DNA of 64,000 nucleotides from the human T2T-CHM13v2.0 reference genome, Homo sapiens: assembly GCF_009914755.1 (NCBI RefSeq), contig NC_060925.1. One strand, written 5' to 3'. A program made the translations under genes and the position numbers. The notes beneath the pieces were generated by a model that was not told the DNA's origin, did no database searches, and saw only the letters and a program-made list of their open reading frames with translations. Position 1 is the stretch's first letter; every line of letters begins with the position of its first letter. Shown here one piece after another: positions 31,501-44,780 of this stretch.

Positions 31501-34295
31501 GTGGAATCACCCAGGCACTACCAGGGACAAAATGAGCTCAATTCACCTGAGATGGGGAGCGGCAACAGCTCACTCCAGGGAACCTCACTGAGCGTCTTTG
31601 AGGGAAATACAAAATGAGTTGATTCAGGTTTGATAAACATGTATCAAGGGCCCTCCATGGGCAAGGTGGTTCCACAAATGTTATCTCCCTCAATTCTCCC
31701 AGAGACCCGATGGAGGAGGTATTTCCCTCCCATTTTGCAGATGAGGAAACCAAGGTTCAGAAGTCAACATGGCTTGTGAGTGTGGGTGTAAGGTGGTCTC
31801 AGTCAAGACCCTGGGTTCCTAGTCACTTTGTAATATTGCCCCAATTAAACCCTTATCCTGATCCTTGGAGTTAGATTGAGAGAGGAGGACATTGAGGTTC
31901 AGAGAGGTGAAGGGACTTGCCTAAGGTCACACAGACATTACATGGCAGAGATGGCATTTCCTGCCAGCTCATGGAGTCAGGTTGCTAAAAAATGCTATTA
32001 CTATTTCTCTTGCAGTCATGATAACCAAACATCCCACTCCCCAACAGCCCATCTGAGTTGCGGTTCTTGTTGAAGGGATATCGTGGAGTCATTGCCAGAC
32101 TCCGAAGAGATAAAGCACTGCAAATTGAATGAGAAAATCTATTTTCACATCCTGATGAAGACATAGCTGACAATGAAAGAGTGAATTGTTTTAGACAAAA
32201 ACACAACCCCCTGCTTTTTCCTTTTTTAAAAAAACTTAAGAGTTACAGCTTTAGAAAAATAGGAGCAGCTGACTATCACAGATAAAAATGCCCTTTTGCC
32301 TAATTGGATCTTTAATAAGGAATCCTAATTAATCCCCCTGAATAAAGAACTTTTACACTGGTGTTATCTCAGCCCCTGTGCTGATGGGGCTGGTTATTTC
32401 CAGACACAGAATAATGAATCTTTTCCAGCCGGGGCTAGGAGTCGCCAGAGACTTGTCAACTTCCCTATGAAGGTAATTACTTGCTAAGGCACCAGGGGAA
32501 TGTGGGGCTGGGGAAAGGGTAATTACAAAAAGAGGGACTGAGGGCATTGAGGGGGAAGCTTAGGAGGGCACTGTTGAGCCAGGGCTGAAGGAAGCTTGGC
32601 AACTGTGAAGGAAACCGCTGGTGGAAAGATGGAGGCCACGTCAGCGTCCAGGATGTCATTCCCAGCTCAGAGTGAGGCCTGAAGGACACTTGCCCTCATG
32701 TGAAAAATGTCACTTGATGGAGCTTGACAGATTCCAATAATTGTGAGAGCCAAACAGACAGCAAACAGAAGTCAGGAAGCAGGCCTGCCTGTGACTCTTC
32801 CTGGTTGGTGCAAAGGCTGGGCTGTCATTGCCCGGAGACCTCTGTGGCATCCATAAAGACAACACTAAATGAAAAGGGTTATCTGGACAACTCAGGCCAC
32901 AGACCAGCAACGAGAAGGACGTGACGGATGTGGCTAAATGACACGGGCCATTTATCTGCATTGACAGGGCTCTCTTGAAAGGGGAACGCTGATGGCAGTC
33001 TGTCCCACGCTCACCAGGGCTGGCATCTAGGGAGCTGGCAGGATGTGGGAGCCAAGGCCTCGATGAGCCTGGCTATCTGTGAAGCCAGCCCACATCAACC
33101 AACCACAGCCCAAGGCCCAAAAGCAGCCCCAGGGGGAAGAAGCTGAAGCCAATGGCATAGGCCCAGGGCCATCTCTCCAGGATACCCAAGGTCTCTTTCC
33201 AACCTCCAAAATCCAGAGGGGCAGAAAGAGCAGAGGTTGGGAGGCAAAGGGCCCTGGCTTCAGGCTGCAACTTCCTAGCTCTGTGACCTTGGGTAAATGA
33301 CCTCACTGAGTCTCGGGTTCTCAGAGTTGCTTAAAGGCACAAAGGAAAAATCAGTGTAGACTCCTGGCATGTCGTTGGTACCCTACACATAGTAATTGTA
33401 TTTTCTTCCTTAAAACCCTCTCAGTTCCAGAAAAATCACCTTAGGAGGCAGATCCCACTGGAAGGGAATCTGTGGGGTTGGATTTATATGTGAAAAATTA
33501 GGAGGTCTCTGTACACCAATCTGCATGTTCCCAGCAGGTTACAGTGAGGGTGGTGAGGACCCATCACCTGCCTTATAAAACTAGGGCAACTGAAGTTCAG
33601 AAAGCTAAGTGACTTGCTGTGAGAGAAGAGTAAAAGCCATTATTGTTCAACCCCGACTTTCCCCATGTGCCCTTCAGGGTACTGCCAAATGGCCCTGGGA
33701 CCTCAGGGCTGCCTGGCCCAAGGAGACATGACAACCTCTTGCTGTGGCCTCTGCCTCGGTCAGCCTCAAGCTGCCTCCCTGACTTATCAACTGCAGAGGC
33801 CAAGACCCACAGGACCTTAAACCTCTGAAAGAAGCTGTGTGTAGCTGTCTGCACGGAGCATATGCTGGGAGGCTCTGGGAGCAGGGTGAGAGGGGCAGGG
33901 GAGGAGGGGAGGAAAGCCCTTCCAGGTGCTGTAACCATGAAAGGGCAGAAGAAGGACACAAGCTGGATTTACAAGCTGGGAATCTGGGGCTGTTCAAAGT
34001 CTTCTGTGCCCAATTATTTCTTATAACTGTATGAAAGGCCTTGAGAGGGTCAGAAAGTTAACTGAGGTCACACGATTAGTTGGTAGCAGAATTGGTATTT
34101 GAACCCAACATTGAGTCCAAATGCTATCTATGCTCCATGGTGCCCTCCTTGGTGTCAGGAAAGAAAATGAATTAGATCCCAGAGGAGCAGAAGAGAAAGA
34201 GGGGTAGATCAGGATTTAGAGTCCAGATGATGGGGATCCAATTTCTGGCTCGGACACTTACTAGCTATATTACATCAGGTTTCTTAATCTCTTTA

Positions 34296-34623
<328 letters not shown>

Positions 34624-35802
34624 AAGAGTTTTGTAAACATTAAATGAGACCATGCATATAAAAACCTTAGTACAGTGCCTGAAACATGGTAGCTCTCAAA
34701 GTGATTATACTGTTGAAGGTATATTAAGGCAGGAGGAAGGCAGATAGAGACTCAAAGAGGACAGATTGCATCAAAGCCTACTTTAAGGGTGAGAAATGAT
34801 CCTGGAGTGGCTGGCCTAGGATCTGCAGAGGGAACAAAATGGGAAAACCCAGCTGGGGAGAACCACGTGTAGGTGAGGAGGAAGCTAAGTCTCTGAGGCT
34901 CAGTTTCTTTATCTGCAAGATGGGTATGCCAATACCTAACTCAAACTTGGGGGTGAAGACCCAATGGGGCAAGATGGCATTCCACACATGTGATGGCCTC
35001 AATTCAATCATAGAGGCAAACAATGAATATTTGCCTGTTTATTTATCTTGACATTGGTCCTGTTGCCAAAGGGCTCTGACACCAGGCGAGGTGAGCCAAG
35101 TGCCATATGCTTTTCCCTTTGATGCCGGTGAGATGCGGTTGGCTGTGAGAAGGTGCTGAGACTCTAAGATCTCAGAGGCTATATTTATTCAACAAATTGT
35201 CAGAAAATCTTTACACCTGTCTGTGCCAGGACTCTACTGAGCCCTGAGGATTCAGAGATGATGGGCCAAGTCCATGCTCTGAAAGAGTTCATGTTGGGAG
35301 GAGGACTCTGTATTCTAGAAAAGTTTGGCTTGTGCCAGTGCGTCGTAGGAGCCTGGGGTTGCCCAGTGTGGGTGGGGCTGAGGGAGGGCACAGGTCCCAA
35401 TGCATCTAAAGGTTTCAGGAGGGAGACCCTTGCACAGGCTTATACCAGGTAGACAAGGAGGTGAGACTAGACTTCAAGGCTAAACTTTAGCAGCTCCTTG
35501 AAAGGTTGAGACTTCCTAGTTCAGCATTGTAATCACAAAGCTTATCACAGAAACTGGCACAGAGTAGGCAAGGAAAAATATTTGTGAAATAAATAAATAA
35601 AGTTTACTAGGAGTCAGTGTGCTTCATTTTATGGAATAGATGTGCTTGCCCAAACTCACGCATAAGCCATAACCAAACCTATACGTCAAACATAACTGGG
35701 GAGAAATTCAATAATGAATCAATTCATAAAAAGACAAATCATTTCATAATGGGCAGAATCTACTTCCTTTATATTATCACTCTGGAAAGTATTCTATTTA
35801 GG

Positions 35803-36001
35803 CCCAGGGTAACTCTTAAACTTAAATCTATTTCAGAACACCCAGGAAAATGGTTAAAAATACTGAATTAGTTGAGTTCTATTCTCAGGAATCCATGATT
35901 TTACAGAGGTGGGGCTCAGGAATCTGCATTCTTCCAAAGAGCATTCAAGCAAGTCTTCTGAAGCAGGGAGTTGGTCAGTGCAACCCAGTTTGAGAAACAC
36001 A
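35803..36001. mobile_element. MER5-like hAT fossil
   Basis: ggtggggctcaggaatctgcatt...cagtttgagaaacac terminus. Confidence 0.6.
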
Positions 36002-38189
36002 GGATAAGTCCTAGAGGGCATTTTTTAAAGGAAACACAGGGTATTTTTTTTAAAAGTTGGGGGTGTAACTGAGATGGATCAGAAACTGCAGGGCTCCTGG
36101 AAACCGCCCCATCTGGCTGCCTCTTCTTCCCTTACCCTGCCTGACACAACATAGAGAGATGTCCCTCTATTTCCAGAAAGACAATCAACTCCTGAAAAGC
36201 CCATTTTCTACTTCACTCTTTGATGTCCTTCATAATCTCTTTCCCAAAAGCCTCTCATGCTCTATCACATCATGTTTCTCCTCTTTGGTGCACACGAATC
36301 CACAGTGAGCTGTAAAAATCACCGATGCCTGGGTCCCTCCCTGGGCATGCTGACTTATTTGGTCTGGGGAATCACCTTGTCACCCTGCTGGTTCTAATCA
36401 GGATCCGAGTTGCATGGACTGCACTAAACCCTTTATCCCTGCACCTTTTTTTCTGGCCCGGAGATTAATGTCCACAAACCCCTCAGCTTTCGCTAAGTAT
36501 CCCCCTCAGCCATATCTCCAGTGACCAGAAGAGGTATCTAGAGAAGAAAGATAAAGCCACATGCAGGACTGGCTCTGGAGGCTGGAGGCTACAGATAAGG
36601 CTTAAGAGGGGTCCCTGGCGGTCCCCAAGTTCACTCCTGAGAGTGGGAAGCCTGTTCATCACCCTCTGATTGCCTTTCCTCCTGTCTCTCTGGGTTTTGT
36701 AGGCCAGAGACATAGAGCACTATATGGACTCCTGGTGGGACAGGTTGCTGGCAAATTGATTTCACCCCAACCCCAGGGTGGGCAAGCAGACAGTACCCAT
36801 CAAATCTCTCACCTCCTTCCTGCCAGACACAGGGCACTGCAGCTCAGAGGAAGTGAGTGAATAGCTGAAACTGACGTGGCTGCAGAAATTGACATCAAGT
36901 GCCAGACAGGCATTTGCTTAGCAAATTGGCTAATTTTAACCTCTGCCTCACAGACCAAAACTCTTTGGAAGGAAAGAAACAAAAAGAAAGTGATATTTAA
37001 CACATTTCTATTTCTGTGCTACACAGTCTCTCTCTGAGGTTGCAAGTTTGAGCCTAATTGATTTCTTAGTCAAAAGAAAAAAAAGCCAAAAAGGAAAAAA
37101 CAAACAACTGAGAGAGATCTCACATTGCAATCAAACCTCTCCAGTTCTGTTGTCGACTGCTGAGCTTTTTTTTTTTTTTTAAGACTGGCCAAGTGACTTG
37201 CATAATTTAAGATCCTTTCTAGCACTGATCAGCCCGCTCTGGCCAAGCAGTTTGCTGATTAATTATTAATCAGACTGAGTTTAGGATGAGTAATCAGCAA
37301 GAGTCAGTGCTAATTTGCAAATGTCCCCCAGGAAGGTTATTACTTAAAATACTTGGTGGAGAGGCTCCATGTTAACCTTTGCAATTAGCCACAGGACATT
37401 GTAACTGGCAAGGCAGAAGCAGATCTCTCCTCCAAACAAACCAACCTTGGATACCTACTAAGTGCCAAGATGCATATTAGGGGCTTGTCACGGTTCTGCT
37501 GGCAATGGCAGGGGAGGGGAAGGGCACAGAAGAAAAAGAAATACGTAAGTAAGCAAGAAAATATCAGGTATTGATGAATGTTTAAAATAAAACAAGATCC
37601 TCTGATAGACAGCAAGGGTTACTTTAGGCTGCATGGACGGGAAAGTCTTTTCTAAAGATAGGAAATTTACATTGAACTCTATATTTCAAAAAAACAGTGG
37701 TTTTTGTTTTTTGTTTTTTTAACTTGGAAGGAAGATTTGAAGACTGTGAAGGAGGAGGATCCTAAGCCCTGGGAACAGCTAGTGCAGAAGCCCAAGCAGG
37801 GAACCTGCTTAGCCCACCCTAGGGACAGGATGAAGAGCACAGAGAATGGGTGTGAGTGAGGGATAGGAGGGAAGTCAGACAGGTAGGCAGTGGCTGGACA
37901 ATGTAGGGTCTTGTAGGATTTTATTCTAAATGTGATAGTAAGCCATTGGGAGGCTTTAAACAGGGGAGACATGATTTGATTAATAAACCCAAGTCACTCT
38001 AGGTGCCATCTGCAGAATGGATTACAGAGGGGTAGAAGCAGGGAGACAAGGCCCCCGAGCAGCCCAAAGGTGCTGGCGGAACCAAATGGGCAGAAGCAGC
38101 TTCCTCTTAGGAAAACAGATGTGGGAGGTCGTGGAGAAGGCTAAGAGAACAGATTATGAGTGGGGAGGGGATGAGAAGTCCAAATTGGA

Positions 38190-38800
38190 TGGAAACAACC
38201 CAAATGTCCATCAACAGATCAATGGATAAACAAAATGTGGTTTAGACATACAAGGGAATATTATTCAGCCTTAAAAAGAAATGACGGCCCATCTCCTTGT
38301 CGCTACTGTTCCATTTTCTGTCTATGAATCTGACTATTCTGGGTATTCTTCTTTAATGGGCATGGAGTTCCATTTGGGAAGGCAAAAAAGGTACTAGAGA
38401 TAGATAGTGGTGTTATCCACCACTAAATAGCCAATGTGCTTAATGCTACTAAGTTGTACACCTAAAAATGGAATGATAGGTTTGTTTGTTTTGTTTTGTT
38501 TTGTTTTTTGAGATGGAGTCTTGCTCTGCCGCCCAGGCTGGAGTGCAGTGGCACGATCTCACTGCAAAGCTCCACCTCCTGGGTTCATGCCATTCTCCTG
38601 AGTAGCTAGGACTACAGTCGCCCACCACCATACCCAGCTAATATTTTGTATTTTTAATAGACATGGGGTTTCACCGTGTTAGCCAGGATGGTCTCAATCT
38701 CCTGACCTCATCATCTGCCCGCCTCGGCCTCCCAAAGTGCTGGGATTACAGGCATGAGCCACCGTGTCCAGCCGATAGGTTTTATGTTATATATATTTTT
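38190..38800 (+). mobile_element. L1MB-like 3' end with an internally inverted segment and an Alu insertion
   Basis: tggaaacaacccaaatgtccatcaac...gaatattattcagccttaaaaag; tagatagtggtg...cttaatgctact...ttttatgttatatatattt. Confidence 0.75.
38484..38773 (-). mobile_element. AluY/Sc-like with small internal deletions
   Basis: (TTTTG)n tail; TSD gataggttt at 38475-38483 and 38774-38782. Confidence 0.93.
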
Positions 38801-38803
38801 CCG

Positions 38804-38931
38804 TTTTTTTTTTTAAGAGACAGGGTCTCCCTATGTTGCTCAAGCTGGTCTTGAACTCCTGAGCTCAAGCAGTCCTCCCACCTCAGTCTCCTAAGTAGCT
38901 GAAACTAGAGGCACATGCCACTGTGCCCAGC
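38804..38931 (-). mobile_element. FLAM / free Alu monomer
   Basis: Poly-T, agagacagggtctccctatgttgc...ttgaactcctgagctcaagcagtcctccc...ctgtgcccagc; single arm. Confidence 0.85.
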
Positions 38932-39659
38932 GATATGTTCATTTTAAGATTCCTGTTAATATGCATGAAGCCCAGAAGACCCTTGAGGACTGAAAATTTA
39001 AATCAAGAGCCACTGGCATCTAGATGATATTGAAAGCCCATGTGTGATTTGTTGGGGCTAGCTGGGAAAGAGAATAAAAGAGAGGAGAGTCCCAGGACCC
39101 TCTGGGTAGTCCAAGCATAAAGGCTGGACAGAGAGTGGACGTTGGAAGAAACAGCAAAACAGACTAAGAAGGAATGGCCATAGGGTAACCAGCTACATGG
39201 TTTCATAGGAGCCAAGAGAAGGAAATAGTTCAAGAAGGACTGGTGATCAGTGTCATGTGTTGCCAAGAGGCTGAGTCAGATGAAGATGGAGAAACGACAC
39301 TGGAATGGGCAACCTGGAGGTTGCTGTCAATTTTAGCAAGGTCAGTTTTAGTGACAAAGCAGGGCAGAAACTGAGAAAGAACTGTCTCAGCAATTGGCAG
39401 TGGCTGAGCCATTCCGTGGTAGCTGAGTGGGATGGAGTAATAGGGGTTTGATGGGTGCTGTTTTTATTTTGATTTTAGGTGGTAGATATTGGAACATACC
39501 TTTATGGTGTTAGAAGTGCTCAATAGAGAGAACAATTGTGGAATGCAAGGAAAAGGAGATACATATAGTAGGGAAATTTTGGAGGAAGATGAGCTCTGGA
39601 GTACAGGAGAGGGCTGGCCTTTGACAGGAACCACGGCATCTTGTCTACAGAAGCATGAG

Positions 39660-40027
39660 GTGTGGCAGAGAACTCGGCTCACCAAGCATCTCATCTGCTC
39701 ATCCCCGTTTCCTGGCTCCCTTGCAGCAAAGCTGGACTGTGTGACTGTTTGTGGCCAATGAAATATGAGTTGGAAATTATGTATAGCATATCTGAGCTAG
39801 AGTGGTGGAAAGCCATGCTGGATTCTCCACTCATTTTCCCTGTCATGGTATTAAAGAAGGCCACATATTTCAGATGGTGTGGTTAGAATATGGTGCAACC
39901 CCCTCGAGCCTGGGTACCCACATGTGTGATGATGTGGATCAGAGCCACTCCCACTGGTCCATCACAAATCTGTAACATGAGCAAGAAGGAAATCTTTGTG
40001 GTGTTATACCACTGAGTTTTAGGGTTA
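39660..40027 (+). mobile_element. Old MLT1 (I/J-like) LTR
   Basis: tcccttgcagcaaagctggactgtgtgact...ggccaatgaaat...atgagcaagaaggaaatctttgtggtgttataccactgag. Confidence 0.6.
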
Positions 40028-40898
40028 ATAAAATTTAAAAAAGGAAGTGGCAAGATGTGAGCCTGGGGTGGTTACTTAGGCAAGGGTTAGATCCAGATGG
40101 GCCTTGTGTGCCCTATCAAGGGATTGAATTTTAATCTGTAGACAACAGAAGATGATTGAAAGCTTTTGCCTGGGGCTTAGCATGTCAGATCTGCATTTTA
40201 ATTAAGCCATTCTCGTAGCAGTGAGGAGGATGAATTGGACAGTGCCAAGATGCTGGGAGATCAGTAAGGAGGCTATTACATCCCTCAAAGAAGAAAAGAT
40301 GATGGGCTGAATTCAGGCAGTGGTAGAAAGGATGGAAAGGTACAGTATACTGGGAGAACTTAGCAATTAATTGAATGTGGCTGGTGAGAGAGAGGGATTA
40401 AATAGGGATATTCCCAGATTTCTGGATAACTAGGTGGGGAATGGTACCATAAACTAGGAAAGGACACAGACTGATGATTTTATGGGTCAATTATGAGCAA
40501 AATTGAGACAAGTTAAGTTGGAGATATTGGTGGTCCATCAAAGTGGAGATGTCCATCAGGTAGCTGGCTCTACAGTTTGACTGGCTCAGTGGGTAGGCTG
40601 GGCTAGGGAGCCATATTTGGGAGGAAATAGGTAGTACCTGAAATCTTGAGAGCAGGTAAGACTACCCTGGGAGATGTGTGGAGTGAGCAGAGCAGTACAG
40701 CAAGAAGGAATGGACATCAAAGGAGACACGGAAGGAATGGCCAGAGAGATCCAAGAAGAATCAGAAAGAGTGGCATGGAGGCAAGCAGAAAGCAGAGCCC
40801 CCAGAGGAGAAAATGACTGACAGTGTAAAGTAATGCAGAAATGTCCAGAAGGTGAGACCTGAAAAACGCCTTCTGGCATTGGTAATTGGAAGTGGTAG

Positions 40899-41253
<355 letters not shown>

Positions 41254-41486
41254 CTTTGATCATCATCTTAATGTGAGTGATTTCAGGAGGAGGCTGGAGG
41301 GTTGAAGAGTGGGAGTGAAGTAGGTAAGGAATGAATGGGGAGAGAAGACTTGAGGGTAGCCAGTGTAGACCACTCTTCAAGAAGCTTGGGTGAGAAATTC
41401 CCAGGGATGCTAGAGATCTACCTCGTCCATGAAGCCACCTCATTTTGTTCAAAGAAACTCTGCCTTCTCCCTCCCCAAATGACCCA

Positions 41487-41542
41487 AACTGTTGAGATCC
41501 ACCATATGTGAATTTGAACTGTTGAGTTTCACCATATGTGAA
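41487..41542. repeat. 30-bp-period tandem duplication
   Basis: aactgttgagatccaccatatgtgaatttg followed by aactgttgagtttcaccatatgtgaa (2 mismatches). Confidence 0.9.
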
Positions 41543-41675
41543 ATGGTGATTTTGCCATTTCATCGGACTGTCATTGCTAGTTTTTTGTGTGAATCCTGCC
41601 TCTCTGGTGAGTCTGTGGATGTCACCCATCAGCCACTGGATAAAGAGAAACTAGGATGAAAAGAAGTACAGACTG

Positions 41676-41952
41676 GGCTGGGCGTGGTGGCTCACCTGAG
41701 GTCAGGAGTTTGAGACCAACCTGACCAATATGGTGAAACACCATCTCTCCTAAAAATACAAAAATTAGCTGGGCATGGTGGCATGTGCCTGTAGTCCTAG
41801 CTATTCGGGAGGCCGAGACAAGAGAATCACTTGAACCTGGGAGGTGGAGGCTGCAGTGAGCGAGATTGTGACATTGCACTCCAGCCTGGCTGATAGAGCA
41901 AGACTCCATCTCAAAAAAAAAAAAAAAAAAAAAAGAAAAGTAAAAAAGAAAA
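41676..41952 (+). mobile_element. AluS with a left-arm deletion
   Basis: ggtggctcac joins directly to ctgaggtcagg (tcac microhomology); TSD aagtacagact at 41664-41674 and 41953-41963. Confidence 0.93.
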
Positions 41953-44309
41953 AAGTACAGACTAAGGGATAGAACTGAAGACTTAAGTCAGTCTTGGGAA
42001 CCTGGGAAGTGGTTGCAGTAGCAGGAGAGACGCAAACCAACGTGAAACAACATGTAGGTTAAGCTGAGAGTGAGTGGAACAAACATTCATGGCCAAACAT
42101 GAAAACAGAGACCAGGAGGGGGCCTTGAACATTCAGAATGAAGCAACATCATTCCAGAAGACAGGTCTTGCCAGAACAAGGGGCTCTGGAGGACCCAGAA
42201 CAACTCCTTCCATCTGTCTTAGCGGCACCATCAGGCATCTGGCAGCTCCTCAAGAGAGGTCGAGGACAGCATTTTGTTCTCTGGTGCCCTTCACAGTCCT
42301 GGCACAGGCCGCCTCGCAGATGAGGCACTTAGTACAAACCTGTTGCATGCAGTCAGACCCATGGGGGGCAGGCCAGCTGCCCGACCTCAGCTTCCCATGC
42401 ACAGAACTTTGCCAAGTCACAAGCTTTAGCAGAGCCGCTGTGCCCACTGCGACAACACCAGTTCACTTCCTGCTCCTCCCAGCTGTGACTTTTGTTCTCT
42501 TTTTGAGAGCAAGTTCTCACTAGTGGAAGCAAGGAAGTCACATTGATACTCCATGTAGAGTGCTGGAGCCCTGGCCTTCACTCCTCCGGACACATTTGTG
42601 CCAGCAGCATGCTAAGGCACTAATCTTTTCTTACTGCTCCGCGGCAGAGCTTGTAATGCTATTTCCAACTCCAAGAGATACAGGAGACGAGATTTTAAAG
42701 GGCTGGTTATTTATGGCTTGGCTCCTGATGGATACAGCAGATGCAATTTCATGGGCTCCATCAAAAAAGGACAGTTACTTAGTGTGACTTAAAGAGTTGT
42801 GATGTGTCAAGGAAGGAGAGAGAAGCAAAGGCGTCACAAGCCCACAGGAAGGCAGGAGGTCTGAGGCTCGGTTAGAATGGGCCTTATTCGCTTACCAGCT
42901 CAGCCAACATGGGTTCAGCATCCTTAGTCATGCACCATCTGAGCTGTTTTCTGAGTGTCTCTGCTAGCTTGAGACCTTGACTCTGCCTTGCTCCTGACAT
43001 TCAAAGAGGAAACCTCAGAGGACAGGTACCAGGCCTATGCTACCTCCATGTACGAAGTTCAGGAGCAAATAGGACATTGAGATGATAAGCCTTTACATGT
43101 GCAGCTCCCTCTGCCTGGAAAGCTGCCACCTGAGTTCTTCCCCTGTGGCTCCTTCTCAAAAGTCAGGTCTCAGCTTAAATCCTACCCTCCTCAGAGAGGT
43201 CAGATTTAGAATAGGGTCCCCACTGCTGTTATTCCCCATCCTGTTCATTTCCTTTATGACATGTGTCATACTTTCTACATTTATGTTTGAATATTTTACT
43301 AACTTCAGTCTCCCCCAAATAGACCGTAAGTTCCACAAAGGCAGAGGCCTTGTCTTCTCCACCATTGCATTCCCAGTGCCAAGTTCAATGTCAAGCAGGA
43401 GAAGGGCCTGAGTAGTTTGTTTGACTGATTGAATGATGATGGAGAGATGCTGGTAATGAAGATGAAATGGTAAGATGACAGTGACCATAATGAAGGAGAT
43501 TTTCCCTATGAAAGACGATGCTGGTGCTCATTGTGAAGATGACCGCTCATGGTCCTGCCAGGGTATTGAACACCAAGCTTTCAGGTGTAGCTGTTGATTT
43601 TATCTGACCACCTTCACCAGTCTTATCCCAATGACTGTGAATTCGTAACCAAGGGCAGCTGTGTCCCAGCACATCCAGCCTTATCTTCTTCCTTCTTGCA
43701 GCCTTGACTTCCCTATTGGTGCTCATTTTGTGCTGGAGAGACCAATGGGCATTGCCATTCCCCACTCCACCCCAGCCCACTTCTTCTCCTGTGTTCCTCT
43801 CTTCAATACATGGCCCCACCATAGTCATTCAGCCAGAACTTGATAATCATCAGCCCCTCCTCCTCTCTACCCCTTCATAGCTGCCTCAGTTCAAGGCTGG
43901 ATTCTCTTGCCTGCAGAGTCACAAAAAAAGTTTTATAGCTGATTTCTGGGCCTTCCTGTTTAACCCACTTAAAATTCAGAATGATTATTTTACTTCCCTG
44001 CTTAAAGTCTCTTAATAGCTTTCCACAGCTTATGGAATCCTCTCTGGCTTATGAACAAGGGGCAGGGTTCTTGCTCCTGGTCCATGCTCCTCCTGTGTTC
44101 ATTTTGGGCCTCATATCCTGCACTTCCTCTCTTGCTCCCTGCACCTGACTTGCAATGCCCCAAATGCACCAGGGCTCTTTTCGGCTCCATGCCAATGGCA
44201 AAATCTTACCCCTCAGTTCAACTCAAAAATCATCCTGTGGGACTAATTTTTCCGAGCCCTTCCAGCATCACCGCCCTCTTACAGGAAGGTTGATGACTTG
44301 TTTCAAGGA

Positions 44310-44780
44310 CAGTCTTAGTTTTTGTCTTGCCAGGGCTTCCACTCCCAGCCTGAGTTTTGGGGAGGGCAGACAGTCACATGATCTGGATCCAGCCAATGAG
44401 GACATCCCTTGGCTACACTGGTATTGAGGGGTGGGCACATGACTCAGGCTGGTCCACCAAGGTTTATCCGAGGGCTTTTGTAGGACCCATTAGGAAAGAT
44501 ATGCTCCCTTTCTGCTGGGATTGCCAAGAGAGGTAGGTTATAGGGAGCTGAGGGTGGTCCCCTTTGCCACCTCTTGGGAAAGCCTGCCTGAGAATGAAAC
44601 TAACACACAAGAGAGCAAAGCCTTGGGATGGGGAGAAACATTATTTGCATACCTTGATCCAGCACTGCCTGAAGTCAAGTTCTGGACTTTTCAGTTAAAG
44701 AGGCCAGCACATTCCCTTTGTAGCGTGAGTTAGCTGGAGGTGGGTTTCTATTTCTTAAACCCAAAGAATCCTGGCTATTA
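44310..44780 (+). mobile_element. Old MLT1 (K/L-like) LTR
   Basis: gggcacatgactcaggctggtcca...aagcctgcctgagaatgaa...cttgatccagcactgcctgaag...ctggacttttcagtta. Confidence 0.6.
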
